Positions 20,609 through 29,346 of a stretch of DNA of 64,000 nt are shown here, piece after piece (position 1 is the stretch's first letter; each line of letters starts with the position of its first letter). The translations under genes and the position numbers were made by a program. Source of the stretch: an uncultured Gammaproteobacteria bacterium (GTDB taxonomy: Bacteria > Patescibacteriota > Microgenomatia > Levybacterales > GWA1-39-11). Where the stretch lies: assembly GCA_964511305.1 (NCBI GenBank), contig CAZEEU010000004.1, forward strand, positions 4,093 to 68,092. The letters are read 5' to 3'. Under the pieces are notes generated by a model. That model worked only from the letters and a program-made list of their open reading frames with translations. It ran no database searches and had not been told where the DNA came from.

Positions 20609-21049
20609 TCAGGCAGCATGACTTCCCTCCGGTTCAGGCTGAACCCGAAGGCGCGGAAGGTAGTGATGGCAGTTACGCGCGGGGACATAACGACCGGCGG
20701 CGACGAAATCCGAGAACTCCGCGGCCTTGCTTGATCTCCAACTGACCGCAGCCACACCTTCGACGCGAAGTCGAAGATCAGCCACGCTCAGTGAGCGGAA
20801 ATGCACGGCGTCGCGAATTGCCATGCGTGGAGTGGCAAGCCACTGGCCACGCTTCTCCTCGATGAGGAGATCGATGTCCGGATCGTCTGGACCCACCTGC
20901 ACAACCGTATTGCCAGGACCTTCATACCAGACCAGGATCTCGCCGTGAACGGCGAGAACGAGGAGAAGGTCGAAGCTCGGATCAACCGGCTTTGATATGG
21001 CAGGATCCCGAAGAATCCCAAGGATCTCTTCCATTGGAAGCTGTTCCAT
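20609..21049 (-). CDS. hypothetical protein (146 aa) with high-GC codon usage, probably of foreign origin
   Basis: SD AAGGAGG 7 nt upstream of the ATG; clean GC3-rich ORF; no family recognised. Confidence 0.5.
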   Translation of the reverse strand: MEQLPMEEILGILRDPAISKPVDPSFDLLLVLAVHGEILVWYEGPGNTVVQVGPDDPDIDLLIEEKRGQWLATPRMAIRDAVHFRSLSVADLRLRVEGVAAVSWRSSKAAEFSDFVAAGRYVPARNCHHYLPRLRVQPEPEGSHAA

Positions 21050-21225
21050 TATTGGTCCTCCTTGCGCTATACGCGCCTGTTGGGTGTCGGCGGTGCCGGG
21101 GGTTGATTCGGCGGGATGTTGATCCGCCGAGGATCTCGGATCGGCCCATCGGGCCTACGAATAGGGCCCGGCAGTTCGCCGGGCCTGGGCGTAGTGGATG
21201 GACGGGTCGGTGTCAGTGTAGGCAC

Positions 21226-21432
21226 CTACTTGTCCTCCGTGTTTGACGGGTCTTTCAGCAGTGTCCTGCGAGGAAACCCAAAGATCCTTGCCTCCTCATC
21301 CGGTGTTGGTCGAGGACCAAAGGTATGGACTTCTTCCTCTTCAGTGCGCTTGATGCGCACAGCGATGGAGTCCTCTGCCGCGAGCATTTCTGTCTGCGTA
21401 AAAGGACGTCCTATGCCAGGTTCGAAGAACAT
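21226..21432 (-). CDS. small hypothetical protein (68 aa from MFFEPGIGRP...), high-GC codon usage
   Basis: SD AGGAG 6 nt upstream of the ATG at 21432; preceded by an operator-like palindrome. Confidence 0.45.
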   Translation of the reverse strand: MFFEPGIGRPFTQTEMLAAEDSIAVRIKRTEEEEVHTFGPRPTPDEEARIFGFPRRTLLKDPSNTEDK

Positions 21433-21441
21433 AAAAACTCC

Positions 21442-21458
21442 TGTGCCATATCGGCACA
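21442..21458. promoter_or_regulatory. operator-like inverted repeat TGTGCC-N5-GGCACA overlapping the SD region of the first island gene
   Basis: Perfect 6-bp inverted repeat with a 5-nt spacer directly upstream of the ribosome-binding site. Confidence 0.35.
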
Positions 21459-21757
21459 CTAAGAATAAGAATTAAGGATCTAGAATTAAGTATTAAGCTC
21501 TTTATACTTTATTCTTTCTACTTTCTTCTTCTCAAAGTGCCAACATGGCAAATACAACAGTCATTTTCAAAGAACGCTTTTACTACGGCTTTTCAAAGCA
21601 TGCGAACAGCTTTGCGAGCCAAAGCAAATTATGGGTATTTTACTCTCTTGAAGTGGCAAAAGCCATACGGCGAAGAAAAAATACTAGAAAAAGCGTGGGC
21701 CTGCACGCAATGCATTTTGCAAAGCGATGGCAGGCGGACAAGACGGTTCTGCTTTAT

Positions 21758-22171
21758 TTACAACAACTCTTTCAATATTAATATTCCCTCTCCTACATAT
21801 GGGATTACCGCAAATACTTTTCCGTAAATATTTTTGTCTGTAATAAGTACAGAATCAGAAATGTTATTGGCATCTCCTTTTGTAGAATAGTATGTCGCTC
21901 CTCCCAACACCTCTTCCCCAACAATACGATGAGACACATTTCCTTTTTGCTGGAATGTTATTACATCCCCCTTTTTGTACGATGATTTCGAAAGCGTATA
22001 CACGATGCTGCCTTTAGGAATTGCAGGCTCCATTGAAGAGGTGGTAATAACAAAAGACTTTACAGCAGGAATAAAATTCGTATTAAGAATCAATAAATTA
22101 AATGTAGCGATAGGAAAAAGTACAACCGATAGAATCAAATACAAAAATGAGTAAAATGCTTGGGCAGGCAT
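21758..22171 (-). CDS. signal peptidase I, SipW-like (S26B)
   Basis: N-terminal TM then TSSMEPAIPKGSIV (catalytic Ser box) and GDANN-type motif. Confidence 0.75.
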   Translation of the reverse strand: MPAQAFYSFLYLILSVVLFPIATFNLLILNTNFIPAVKSFVITTSSMEPAIPKGSIVYTLSKSSYKKGDVITFQQKGNVSHRIVGEEVLGGATYYSTKGDANNISDSVLITDKNIYGKVFAVIPYVGEGILILKELL

Positions 22172-22313
22172 AAAGAAATGAAAAACTTAAAAGCAAAAAG
22201 GCAAAAATAGATTTGCGAAATGCTTGGACAAGAAGACTACAAAGACAGTTAACAGGTATTTAACGAGAATTTCAAGAGCACTTACTATTCGAAATAATCA
22301 CAAACTAGAACAA

Positions 22314-22940
22314 CTAGCTGGACGCTTTAGGAGATAATTTTCTGTATACATGAGCTCCAGCAAGCATAACAATTGGCCAACTTATTACAAGACCAAGTCC
22401 AAATACGATCATACCTAGAATTGTAATACCAATGAATGCGAGGCCTAGATAGAAAAGCTGGAGCTTTGCACCATTTGTAATTTTTCCACTTGTTCGAAAA
22501 GCATCCATAGGACTCATTTTCTTGTCAACAATTAGATATGTAATATATTGATATTTAATTCCCCATATAATTCCAGGGACAATAAGCAATATAAATCCGA
22601 CAAGAACCACTACCCCATAAATTAAAGATCCTAAAAAGAAATTAAGTATTAGATTGTAATGCTTGTAAATATCATCATAGGTTGGCTTTTTGCCATCTAC
22701 GATTTTAAGACTAATTACAATCGTACCAATGCCAGTAATCATCTGTACAAACCATCCAAGAATTGTAAAAATGAAGCTCAAATTTGGCATATTCTCACGA
22801 GACCAATCGTGAAGCCACTGAGGAATAAGTCCTGCGAGAATTACAATTATGAAAGTGACAACAAGAAACTGCCAATTCTTTTTAAAAGTCTCCCACCCAT
22901 AAGAGAGGGCTTCTTTAACTGAGATAGTATTATGTGCCAT
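22314..22940 (-). CDS. polytopic membrane protein, hypothetical
   Basis: 208 aa, ~5 TM helices. Confidence 0.5.
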   Translation of the reverse strand: MAHNTISVKEALSYGWETFKKNWQFLVVTFIIVILAGLIPQWLHDWSRENMPNLSFIFTILGWFVQMITGIGTIVISLKIVDGKKPTYDDIYKHYNLILNFFLGSLIYGVVVLVGFILLIVPGIIWGIKYQYITYLIVDKKMSPMDAFRTSGKITNGAKLQLFYLGLAFIGITILGMIVFGLGLVISWPIVMLAGAHVYRKLSPKASS

Positions 22941-22981
22941 TTAGTGTATTTTCCCTGAATCAAGCACAAAAGTCAATGCAC

Positions 22982-23737
22982 TCATTTTTTTGGAGTCGCA
23001 AATACAAGAAGTCTTTTCCAAGCTGTTCCCGGAGGCCAACAGGTCTGAAGGATTACTCGCTCTCCCTGACCCATTGCGCTATCAATATAATGAGTATCCG
23101 TTGAGTCTACAATTTTTGTCTCGCTCACAGTGTAGTTATATCTCTTACCATTGAAAAATAGGACCACCTCATCTCCTATCTCCATTTTGTTAAGCAAATA
23201 AAAGACAGCATTATAACGTCCTACCGACCAAAAGTTATCCGTACTATGAGCGAATAAATAAGTTGTCCCATCTAATCCTGGGAACGATGTCCCTTTTGCG
23301 TGAGCAATTGTTCTTGATAATACTTCTAGATATTCTTTCTCATTATTTGGATCAACGTTTGGCGTAACCCTCTCATTGGCCCCAATTTTGGGGATCATAA
23401 CAGTAAATGATGGATCTTCCGGATACAATATCTCCTCTTGATCTCCATTAAGAACTTCATCAAATAAATTAGGTTGCCTTTTGATCTTTTGGCCTTTCTG
23501 TAAAATTTTAGTAAATTCCGAGGGTGAGGTGGGGGTTTCTTTTACAACTTCATATTTTATGTCAAAAAATTGAGTTAATTGGTAACGACTTTCAAAATAT
23601 AAAGCAGGCCCGAACGTAGCTGTAACTCCAAAAATTGTAAAAAGAATCAAGAAATTGCCTAAAGTTCTTATGGCAAGATACTTTATTACTGCAGGATTTA
23701 TTTTATGAATGTGAGTCTTCTTGGGAGGGACAGGCAT
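22982..23737 (-). CDS. sortase family transpeptidase
   Basis: N-terminal TM anchor; conserved His (LFAHST), catalytic LQTC motif, downstream Arg. Confidence 0.75.
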   Translation of the reverse strand: MPVPPKKTHIHKINPAVIKYLAIRTLGNFLILFTIFGVTATFGPALYFESRYQLTQFFDIKYEVVKETPTSPSEFTKILQKGQKIKRQPNLFDEVLNGDQEEILYPEDPSFTVMIPKIGANERVTPNVDPNNEKEYLEVLSRTIAHAKGTSFPGLDGTTYLFAHSTDNFWSVGRYNAVFYLLNKMEIGDEVVLFFNGKRYNYTVSETKIVDSTDTHYIDSAMGQGERVILQTCWPPGTAWKRLLVFATPKK

Positions 23738-23748
23738 TTAATTAATTA

Positions 23749-24210
23749 TTACTTTCTTCTTTCTTCTATAAAAAATGGCTCGCGCTCTGCAATCCACTTA
23801 AGAACTACGTCTTTTAATGCTGGTGGCGCAATTACCGCATCGACAAATTTATCCATTGGGAACCAAAAGAATTCAACGTGAGACTCTTTTGAAACAATAT
23901 GCTTTAAATCTATGTCGACATTGAAGATAAAACTCACTTCATGTTTTTGCACACCCTCTTGCTCAAATAAATTCTCAATACCTCCAATAAATTCAGCGTC
24001 TTTCAGTATTGCCCCCATCTCCTCATAAAGTTCGCGTCTCAACGCATCTGTCATTGTTTCATTGAATTCAACGTGACCCCCAGGTAGGAAAAAATAATCT
24101 CGTCCGACTGTCTGACAAACCAATATTTTTCTATCTCGTATGACAAGAGCCCTTACTATTAATTCTTTTTCCTCATTCATAATATCTATTCTAGCAAAAT
24201 TACTTGACAT
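23749..24210 (-). CDS. NUDIX hydrolase
   Basis: Nudix box GGHVEFNETMTDALRRELYEEMG. Confidence 0.8.
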   Translation of the reverse strand: MSSNFARIDIMNEEKELIVRALVIRDRKILVCQTVGRDYFFLPGGHVEFNETMTDALRRELYEEMGAILKDAEFIGGIENLFEQEGVQKHEVSFIFNVDIDLKHIVSKESHVEFFWFPMDKFVDAVIAPPALKDVVLKWIAEREPFFIEERRK

Positions 24211-24238
24211 ATATAATATCTTTTAGAATAATGAGATA

Positions 24239-24832
24239 ATGAGTGAGGAAAAATCTGAAGTAGATCACCAGGCTGAACCTCTAATTGACTTCGCGAATGA
24301 CGCAAAAACTGCTAAGAATTTTTTAAAAGATAAGAATCTTAATCCCCCTACCATGAAACAAAGACTTGCCAGATGGGGTGCTGCTATTGGGTTGGGAGCC
24401 GCAGGAGTAACAACAGTAGGATTTATGGCCAATGAAGCAGTGGAGGCCAATTCCAACGCAGACTGGTTTGGAAAACCAATTTCGGGTGAGGTAATACACG
24501 TTCAACTACAAAAAGTAAACGACAATCACAACCGCCCTATCGGCCCTACATTCAGAGACGATGCTAAAGTGCAAGATAATAATGAATTAACTCCGGAAGA
24601 AATTGCTGAAAGAGGAATTGGTCTGAATCCACTAGACGTTATGATACGCGAAGTAAAAGGTGCAACATACCCTAGCGGGATCGCCAAAGGCTTCGACACT
24701 GATGAAAAAGGGAACAATTATGGCATGTGGGGTGAAATTGTAGTCGAAGATCCAAATACGAAGGAGATAAAAGGTACTGGAATCTTTATGTCAGGGAATC
24801 AATATAGTAAACCCCAACCTACAGATAGATAA
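24239..24832 (+). CDS. membrane-anchored/secreted hypothetical protein
   Basis: Hydrophobic segment GAAIGLGAAGVTTVGFMA after a basic N-terminus. Confidence 0.45.
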   Translation: MSEEKSEVDHQAEPLIDFANDAKTAKNFLKDKNLNPPTMKQRLARWGAAIGLGAAGVTTVGFMANEAVEANSNADWFGKPISGEVIHVQLQKVNDNHNRPIGPTFRDDAKVQDNNELTPEEIAERGIGLNPLDVMIREVKGATYPSGIAKGFDTDEKGNNYGMWGEIVVEDPNTKEIKGTGIFMSGNQYSKPQPTDR

Positions 24833-24849
24833 CTCTATAAAAGAACTAT

Positions 24850-25389
24850 CTACTTTTCTTTTCCAAGAAGACTAATAAGAATAATTAGCGCAAAGGTGGT
24901 AAATGCCATAACAGGAATAGTTATATATCCATACTGCGCGAATTGAACAGCACTACATTTTGCAACCTCATCGCTACACTCAAATGCTTTAGGAAATACC
25001 TGCATTAAGATGTGATATGTAGATATTAAGATACCCACAATTGAAAGTGCTAATACAAACTTTTTAATACGACTCTCGTTAAAAATAAGAGACACTAGTG
25101 AAATAAGTCCTATTGGATACATAAAAATTCGCTGATACCAACACAACTTACATGGGACGAAATTTAAAATCTCTGAAAGAGCTAAGCTACCAACTGTCGC
25201 TGCTGCACTTATGACAAAAATTATGGTTATATAATTCTCAGAAATAAGCGTAATAATTTTTTTTGTATTCTTAATTGTAAGTAGTCTTTTTCTAAAAATT
25301 AATAGTCCCAAAAGAAATATAGCGACAATCTGACCAAGCAATGTAAGCATCGAGAGGGCATCAATAACTACTTTGGCTAATGGATCCAT
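24850..25389 (-). CDS. DsbB/BdbC-type disulfide bond formation protein. Start placed at MDPLAK to avoid the ~100-nt overlap with the upstream gene.
   Basis: VPCKLCWYQRI motif (cf. Bacillus BdbC C-x-x-C-W-Y-Q-R-I), second Cys pair, 4 TM. Confidence 0.7.
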   Translation of the reverse strand: MDPLAKVVIDALSMLTLLGQIVAIFLLGLLIFRKRLLTIKNTKKIITLISENYITIIFVISAAATVGSLALSEILNFVPCKLCWYQRIFMYPIGLISLVSLIFNESRIKKFVLALSIVGILISTYHILMQVFPKAFECSDEVAKCSAVQFAQYGYITIPVMAFTTFALIILISLLGKEK

Positions 25390-25390
25390 A

Positions 25391-26233
25391 TTATTCCTGA
25401 AGAGGAAGAGCTGTAGGAACAGAACTACCAACAGTTGGTGAAGGTGAGTCTTTAGTTTTGACTGAAGTTCCTTCTTTACCAATAGCATCTGAAATCACTT
25501 TTTGAAATTCAGTAAGATTTGCAGGAGTGTTAAGCCTTACACCTTCAAGGAAGAATGTTGGGGTCCCGGTAACACCATTTGCTATACCTTCATTTCTTTG
25601 ACTATCAATTAATGCTGTTATTGCTGGGTCTTTTAGGTCATTTTTATATTTATCAATATCAATCCCCAGGCTTTTTGCGTACTCAACGAATTTATCATCA
25701 GGCACCTTAAGCTCAGCCCATTCAGTCTGTTTTTCATAAAGAATGTCAATAAATTCAAAATACTTACCCTGCTTCCCTACAGCTTCCGCAGCAATTGCTG
25801 CATCCATTGCATTTGGATGGATATTTATAAGTGGGAAGTTCTTAAATACTAATCTCAATTTACCTGGGTTATTTACAAGTAATTGCTTGACATCAGGATA
25901 ATACAACTTACATGCTGGACATTGGAAGTCTCCATATTCAACCAGGGTAACTACTTTGCTATTTTCCGCTGATGCCGTTGAATCGGTCGTTTTTGGCTCT
26001 ACCATTTTTATATGGCCATTGTCTGCGATAGTCACTTTCCCGTCTTCGGTTTTGGGATTATTTTTATTCTTTGCTACTGCAATTATTCCAACAAACATTA
26101 GAAGAAATAATGCAGAAATTACAGAAATTGCAATCCACTTAAATGAATTGCTCTTTTGCTCAATGCCTCTGTTTTGCATTTTCTCAAGCTTTCTTAATTC
26201 TTTTATTTGTTTTTTTGTAAGACCGTCGGTCAT
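25391..26233 (-). CDS. DsbA-like thioredoxin-fold thiol:disulfide oxidoreductase, membrane anchored
   Basis: N-terminal TM; CPAC active-site motif in GDFQCPACKLYYP. Confidence 0.75.
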   Translation of the reverse strand: MTDGLTKKQIKELRKLEKMQNRGIEQKSNSFKWIAISVISALFLLMFVGIIAVAKNKNNPKTEDGKVTIADNGHIKMVEPKTTDSTASAENSKVVTLVEYGDFQCPACKLYYPDVKQLLVNNPGKLRLVFKNFPLINIHPNAMDAAIAAEAVGKQGKYFEFIDILYEKQTEWAELKVPDDKFVEYAKSLGIDIDKYKNDLKDPAITALIDSQRNEGIANGVTGTPTFFLEGVRLNTPANLTEFQKVISDAIGKEGTSVKTKDSPSPTVGSSVPTALPLQE

Positions 26234-26290
26234 GTTCCCTATATCTTATTTCAATGCCTAGTAGTAGTCAAGAAGGCACCAAATGACACT

Positions 26291-27286
26291 TTATGAAATT
26301 ATCTTTCCCATTATCGGTATTTTCCTGCAAAATACTATTAGTAAAGAGGACAAAAAGAATACAACAAATACACTAACCAGCATATTTTGTGCCGGATTGT
26401 TTTTCATAAAAGCAAATTCCTGAAGGTACTTCCAAACAATCGAATGGATAAAATAAATTCCAAATGATGCAGCAGCGATTGATGAAATCACATTTCTGTA
26501 TTGAAGCAGAAAAGATCCAAATCTATTTGAAATTGCACAAATTATTACGAACAGTCCCGTTGAAAGCAAAACTATCCCGGGAGATATGTAATCAAAATAA
26601 TACAAAGATTCTTGCGCAATACCACTCTTTGAGAGAAAACTTAGTATTACAGTCAACAGTCCTACCAACATAAATACTATTGCCATAAATATGTTCTTTT
26701 TAGTGTCACTAATAAATCTAAATATATAAAACCCTAATAAATAGTAACCAACAAAACTTATAATTTGTCTTACAAGTCCACTGTCTGGACTAAATGGGAA
26801 GGCAGGAGAATTGTGATAAAACGGAAATATCGATACGGCTATGAACCAGAGAAGAATAATTATTCCTACATCTTTTTTGCTTGAGCCAACGGTTATTTTT
26901 CTTATTGCAGGTGTCAAAATATATAACCCCATTACCATTGGCATGAACCAAAATGCCTGAAGTGATGTTTTAAAACTTCCGAAAGATAATGGCAGTCCAA
27001 GGAAAAAAATATATACAAATGACCAAAATATCCAGGGGAAAATAACTCTTCTCACTCTTTTTAGATAGAAATCTTTATACGACTCGTACTTTGTGAGCAA
27101 AAGTGCTCCTGAAAGCATTACAAAAAGTGGAATTGAAGTCTTTGCTATGGCGAAATGTATGTAATAAAAAAGATTATCTGAAGAAATATACTTTGGTATA
27201 TAACTCAGGTGTACGGCAACTACTAAATAGATTGCAATAATTCTAATAACATCCGCCCAAAGAAATCTTTGAGATTTACCTGCCAT
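26291..27286 (-). CDS. acyltransferase family 3 (OafA/OpgC-like) membrane protein. Start moved to MAGKSQRFLWADV because the listed N-terminus reads through a tRNA fragment.
   Basis: RFLWADVIRIIAIYLVVAVH N-terminal signature and ~10 TM helices. Confidence 0.7.
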   Translation of the reverse strand: MAGKSQRFLWADVIRIIAIYLVVAVHLSYIPKYISSDNLFYYIHFAIAKTSIPLFVMLSGALLLTKYESYKDFYLKRVRRVIFPWIFWSFVYIFFLGLPLSFGSFKTSLQAFWFMPMVMGLYILTPAIRKITVGSSKKDVGIIILLWFIAVSIFPFYHNSPAFPFSPDSGLVRQIISFVGYYLLGFYIFRFISDTKKNIFMAIVFMLVGLLTVILSFLSKSGIAQESLYYFDYISPGIVLLSTGLFVIICAISNRFGSFLLQYRNVISSIAAASFGIYFIHSIVWKYLQEFAFMKNNPAQNMLVSVFVVFFLSSLLIVFCRKIPIMGKIIS

Positions 27287-27325
27287 GGTGACCCCGAGAG
27301 GACTTGAACCTCCAATCTTCCCATC
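27286..27325 (-). other. partial tRNA 3' half (T-arm + acceptor 3' strand + CCA), near-identical to the 3' part of the adjacent tRNA-Arg
   Basis: GGGAAGAUUGGAGGUUCAAGUCCUCUCGGGGUCACCA shares 28 identical nt with tRNA-Arg, then diverges; no 5' half present. Confidence 0.5.
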
Positions 27326-27344
27326 ACTCAATTGCTGTTTCATG

Positions 27345-27417
27345 TGCCGTCGAGAGGACTTGAACCTCCAATCTTCCCCTTAGGACGGGGCTGCTCTATC
27401 CATTAAGCTACGACAGC
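27345..27417 (-). tRNA. tRNA-Arg (anticodon CCU)
   Basis: Hand-folded cloverleaf: acceptor GCUGUCG/CGACGGC, D-arm GCUUAAUGGAUAGAGC, anticodon loop GUCCUAA, T-arm GGAGGUUCAAGUCCUCU. Confidence 0.8.
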
Positions 27418-27474
27418 AAATGTAGACCGGGTGCTCAACCTTTGTGCAAAGCACAAAGTCGAATACCATTAAGC

Positions 27475-27554
27475 TACGGAGTCTTACTCAACCACTCCGC
27501 AAGCTTGGCTTACGGAGTCTTACTCAACCACTCCGCAAGCTTGCTTCCGGAGTC
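27475..27554. repeat. two-and-a-fraction tandem copies of a 36-bp unit containing a 6-bp hairpin (CGGAGU..ACUCCG), next to a 20-nt tRNA 5'-end-like fragment (27461-27480)
   Basis: acggagtcttactcaaccactccgcaagcttgg repeated at 27475 and 27511, partial third copy at 27547. Confidence 0.6.
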
Positions 27555-27635
27555 GTTTGATTCATTATTTTAGCACAAGCCCACGTTTCTCTTTCATATA
27601 TTGACAGACATCTGCTCTTCTAGTAAATTCTCATT

Positions 27636-28850
27636 ATGGCAGCAGGAGGACCAGAAGCAGCACCCCAACCATCGGAAGTTATAGACCAACCCCAACAGTA
27701 CCAGCTCATAGATGGTCGAATTGATACTGCTGTCAATTTAGAACCAGGAGAAACCATCACCCCACTAAAAGTGGTATTTGCAGGAAAAGGTGCTATGGGT
27801 AATTCTTTTTTTGATGCCGTTCAAGGCTCAGTGCATGAAATAGTTGAAGTCTATGGGCCCGCTGTAACTAAAAAAAATCCCGTTCTTGATCCGATACGAC
27901 AAAAAGCAAAAGATCTTGGAATAACAGAAAATAAATTTAGCAGTCTCGATGATCCAGCGGAACTGAAACGACTTGAAGAAGATGTAAAACCAGATGTAAT
28001 AATCGGCGCAAATTTGACACTCTTTGTAAAACCAGAACTTGCCAAAATTGCAAAATTAGGAATGTGGGGAAGTCATTTTTCAAACCTTATCGAATCCCAA
28101 CATAGAGGCGCAAACGCCACCCAGTGGCAATTCGTAAATGGAGCGGAAGAAGTGTACCTTAGCCTGCATGCATTAGGTCGAGACGATGAAATGGATGACC
28201 CTGATGGCACTGAACCTGAAGAAGGGCCATTACCTAAAGGCTCCGTTAATGACCCGGAGAATGACACGGCAGACAAAGGACCGGTACTTGCAATGACAAA
28301 AATTGATAGATCTGCAGGCCCTCGTGCGCACTCTGCTTTCTTTTCTCAGCAACTACTTGTTAAAGGCCCTGAATTTATGGTTCAAGTTCTCAACATGATG
28401 TCCAAAGCCAAAGATCAAGGAATAATTTACACAGGCCAAAGACAAATAAGAGGAAGAGGAAATTATCAACCACCAATGAATAAGGACCATCTGAGAATTA
28501 GTCCTGAAGAGACTGCTCTTGAAGCTCAACATAAAGTTGAAGCGGGAACTGGCAATCCTGGGGCATATATCGTTATGGAAAGTGGTGCAGAATACACAAT
28601 CTATGATGCAACAGCACAGGATGCAGAATCAACAAAACCTGGAACATTGAGCTCAATAACGGAAGACGCGGTCAATCTAGACATGAAAAAAGGGAAATTA
28701 AATGTAAGAACTATGAGAAGCGGTGTTATAACAAGAATAGGAGATGTGGTCTCAGAAACTGACAAAACCAAACCACAACCCTCACCACTTTTTGCCTCTG
28801 AAAGAAATCTCGCTCCTGGTGATTATTTTGTCGCACCACAACTACAATAG
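27636..28850 (+). CDS. divergent formyltransferase-like (Fmt/PurN fold) protein with acidic insertion and C-terminal extension
   Basis: KVVFAGKGAMGNSFF N-terminal Rossmann start, ...GMWGSHFSNLIESQHRGANATQWQFVNGAEEVYLSLHAL resembles the HPSLLP/RG...TG.T.H core of formyl transferases. Confidence 0.45.
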   Translation: MAAGGPEAAPQPSEVIDQPQQYQLIDGRIDTAVNLEPGETITPLKVVFAGKGAMGNSFFDAVQGSVHEIVEVYGPAVTKKNPVLDPIRQKAKDLGITENKFSSLDDPAELKRLEEDVKPDVIIGANLTLFVKPELAKIAKLGMWGSHFSNLIESQHRGANATQWQFVNGAEEVYLSLHALGRDDEMDDPDGTEPEEGPLPKGSVNDPENDTADKGPVLAMTKIDRSAGPRAHSAFFSQQLLVKGPEFMVQVLNMMSKAKDQGIIYTGQRQIRGRGNYQPPMNKDHLRISPEETALEAQHKVEAGTGNPGAYIVMESGAEYTIYDATAQDAESTKPGTLSSITEDAVNLDMKKGKLNVRTMRSGVITRIGDVVSETDKTKPQPSPLFASERNLAPGDYFVAPQLQ

Positions 28851-29034
28851 CAAAAATTTACTTTCCCAACTATATCTCTTTGAAGAACATATCCCCACTC
28901 ACAAGAATCAGAACTCATGGGGTGATTGTCCCCCATCACAAAATAAGATTTTAGGCGCAGCAACAGCTTACGACTAGAGTATGTAATCTACTATCAGTGC
29001 TGTTTTGAGAACCCTTTGATCTTATAATGTCGGC

Positions 29035-29307
29035 ATGAGCCTAGAGACATCTTCGGGAATGGAGGCACAATATCATGCAGTTGAACAATTTTTGGCAAAA
29101 GAAATTCTTGAGCCCGAGTTCCAGCAATTAGATTTTCCACCTGACTTAAATACTCTTCGATTGCTTTTGGAAGCATCTGGGCCCGTAGGAATCGTTAATT
29201 TTGGAAAAGATAATTGGCATTTAGTCAGAAATGCTAATAGCTATCCTCCTTCAATTTATCAAATGCCACCCGATGCCGAAGTCCTTGTTTATTCAGATCC
29301 CACTTGA
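29035..29307 (+). CDS. hypothetical protein (90 aa); same reading frame as the next ORF, separated only by one TGA
   Basis: ORF with ATG start; in-frame continuation after the TGA at 29305-29307. Confidence 0.4.
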   Translation: MSLETSSGMEAQYHAVEQFLAKEILEPEFQQLDFPPDLNTLRLLLEASGPVGIVNFGKDNWHLVRNANSYPPSIYQMPPDAEVLVYSDPT

Positions 29308-29346
29308 CCCCAAGAGTTAACTCTTCCACTCGCGGAAGAATTTGCA

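Larger units (their letters stand above)
20365..21460. other. GC-rich island 1 (~1.1 kb, far above the surrounding GC) inserted immediately upstream of mreC; carries two high-GC genes on the minus strand plus structured non-coding segments
   Basis: Abrupt compositional shift visible in the sequence; codon usage of the embedded ORFs is GC3-rich, unlike all neighbouring genes. Confidence 0.6.

Noticed and set aside
20365-20700. RNase P RNA, tmRNA or SRP RNA hidden in the GC-rich 3' tail of island 1
   Set aside because: None of the universally conserved blocks (GGAAAGUCCGG / ACAGAAUCCGGCUUA for RNase P; GGGGCUGAUUCUGGAUUCGACG and the tag-ORF/CCA end for tmRNA; GGUCCGGAAGGAAGCAGCC for SRP) is present on either strand; only generic GC hairpins.
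20820-20845. B12-box-like GCCACUG inside island 1
   Set aside because: Lies inside a well-formed coding frame and lacks the surrounding cobalamin-riboswitch core; 7-mer chance match.
21537-21827. Two overlapping plus-strand ORFs (96 and 78 aa) right of island 1
   Set aside because: No SD, mutually overlapping frames, basic low-complexity products; the region more likely carries the promoter/UTR of neighbouring genes. Could not be confirmed as coding or as ncRNA.
27475-27554. CRISPR array
   Set aside because: Only 2.3 directly abutting copies with no spacers; no cas genes in the window.
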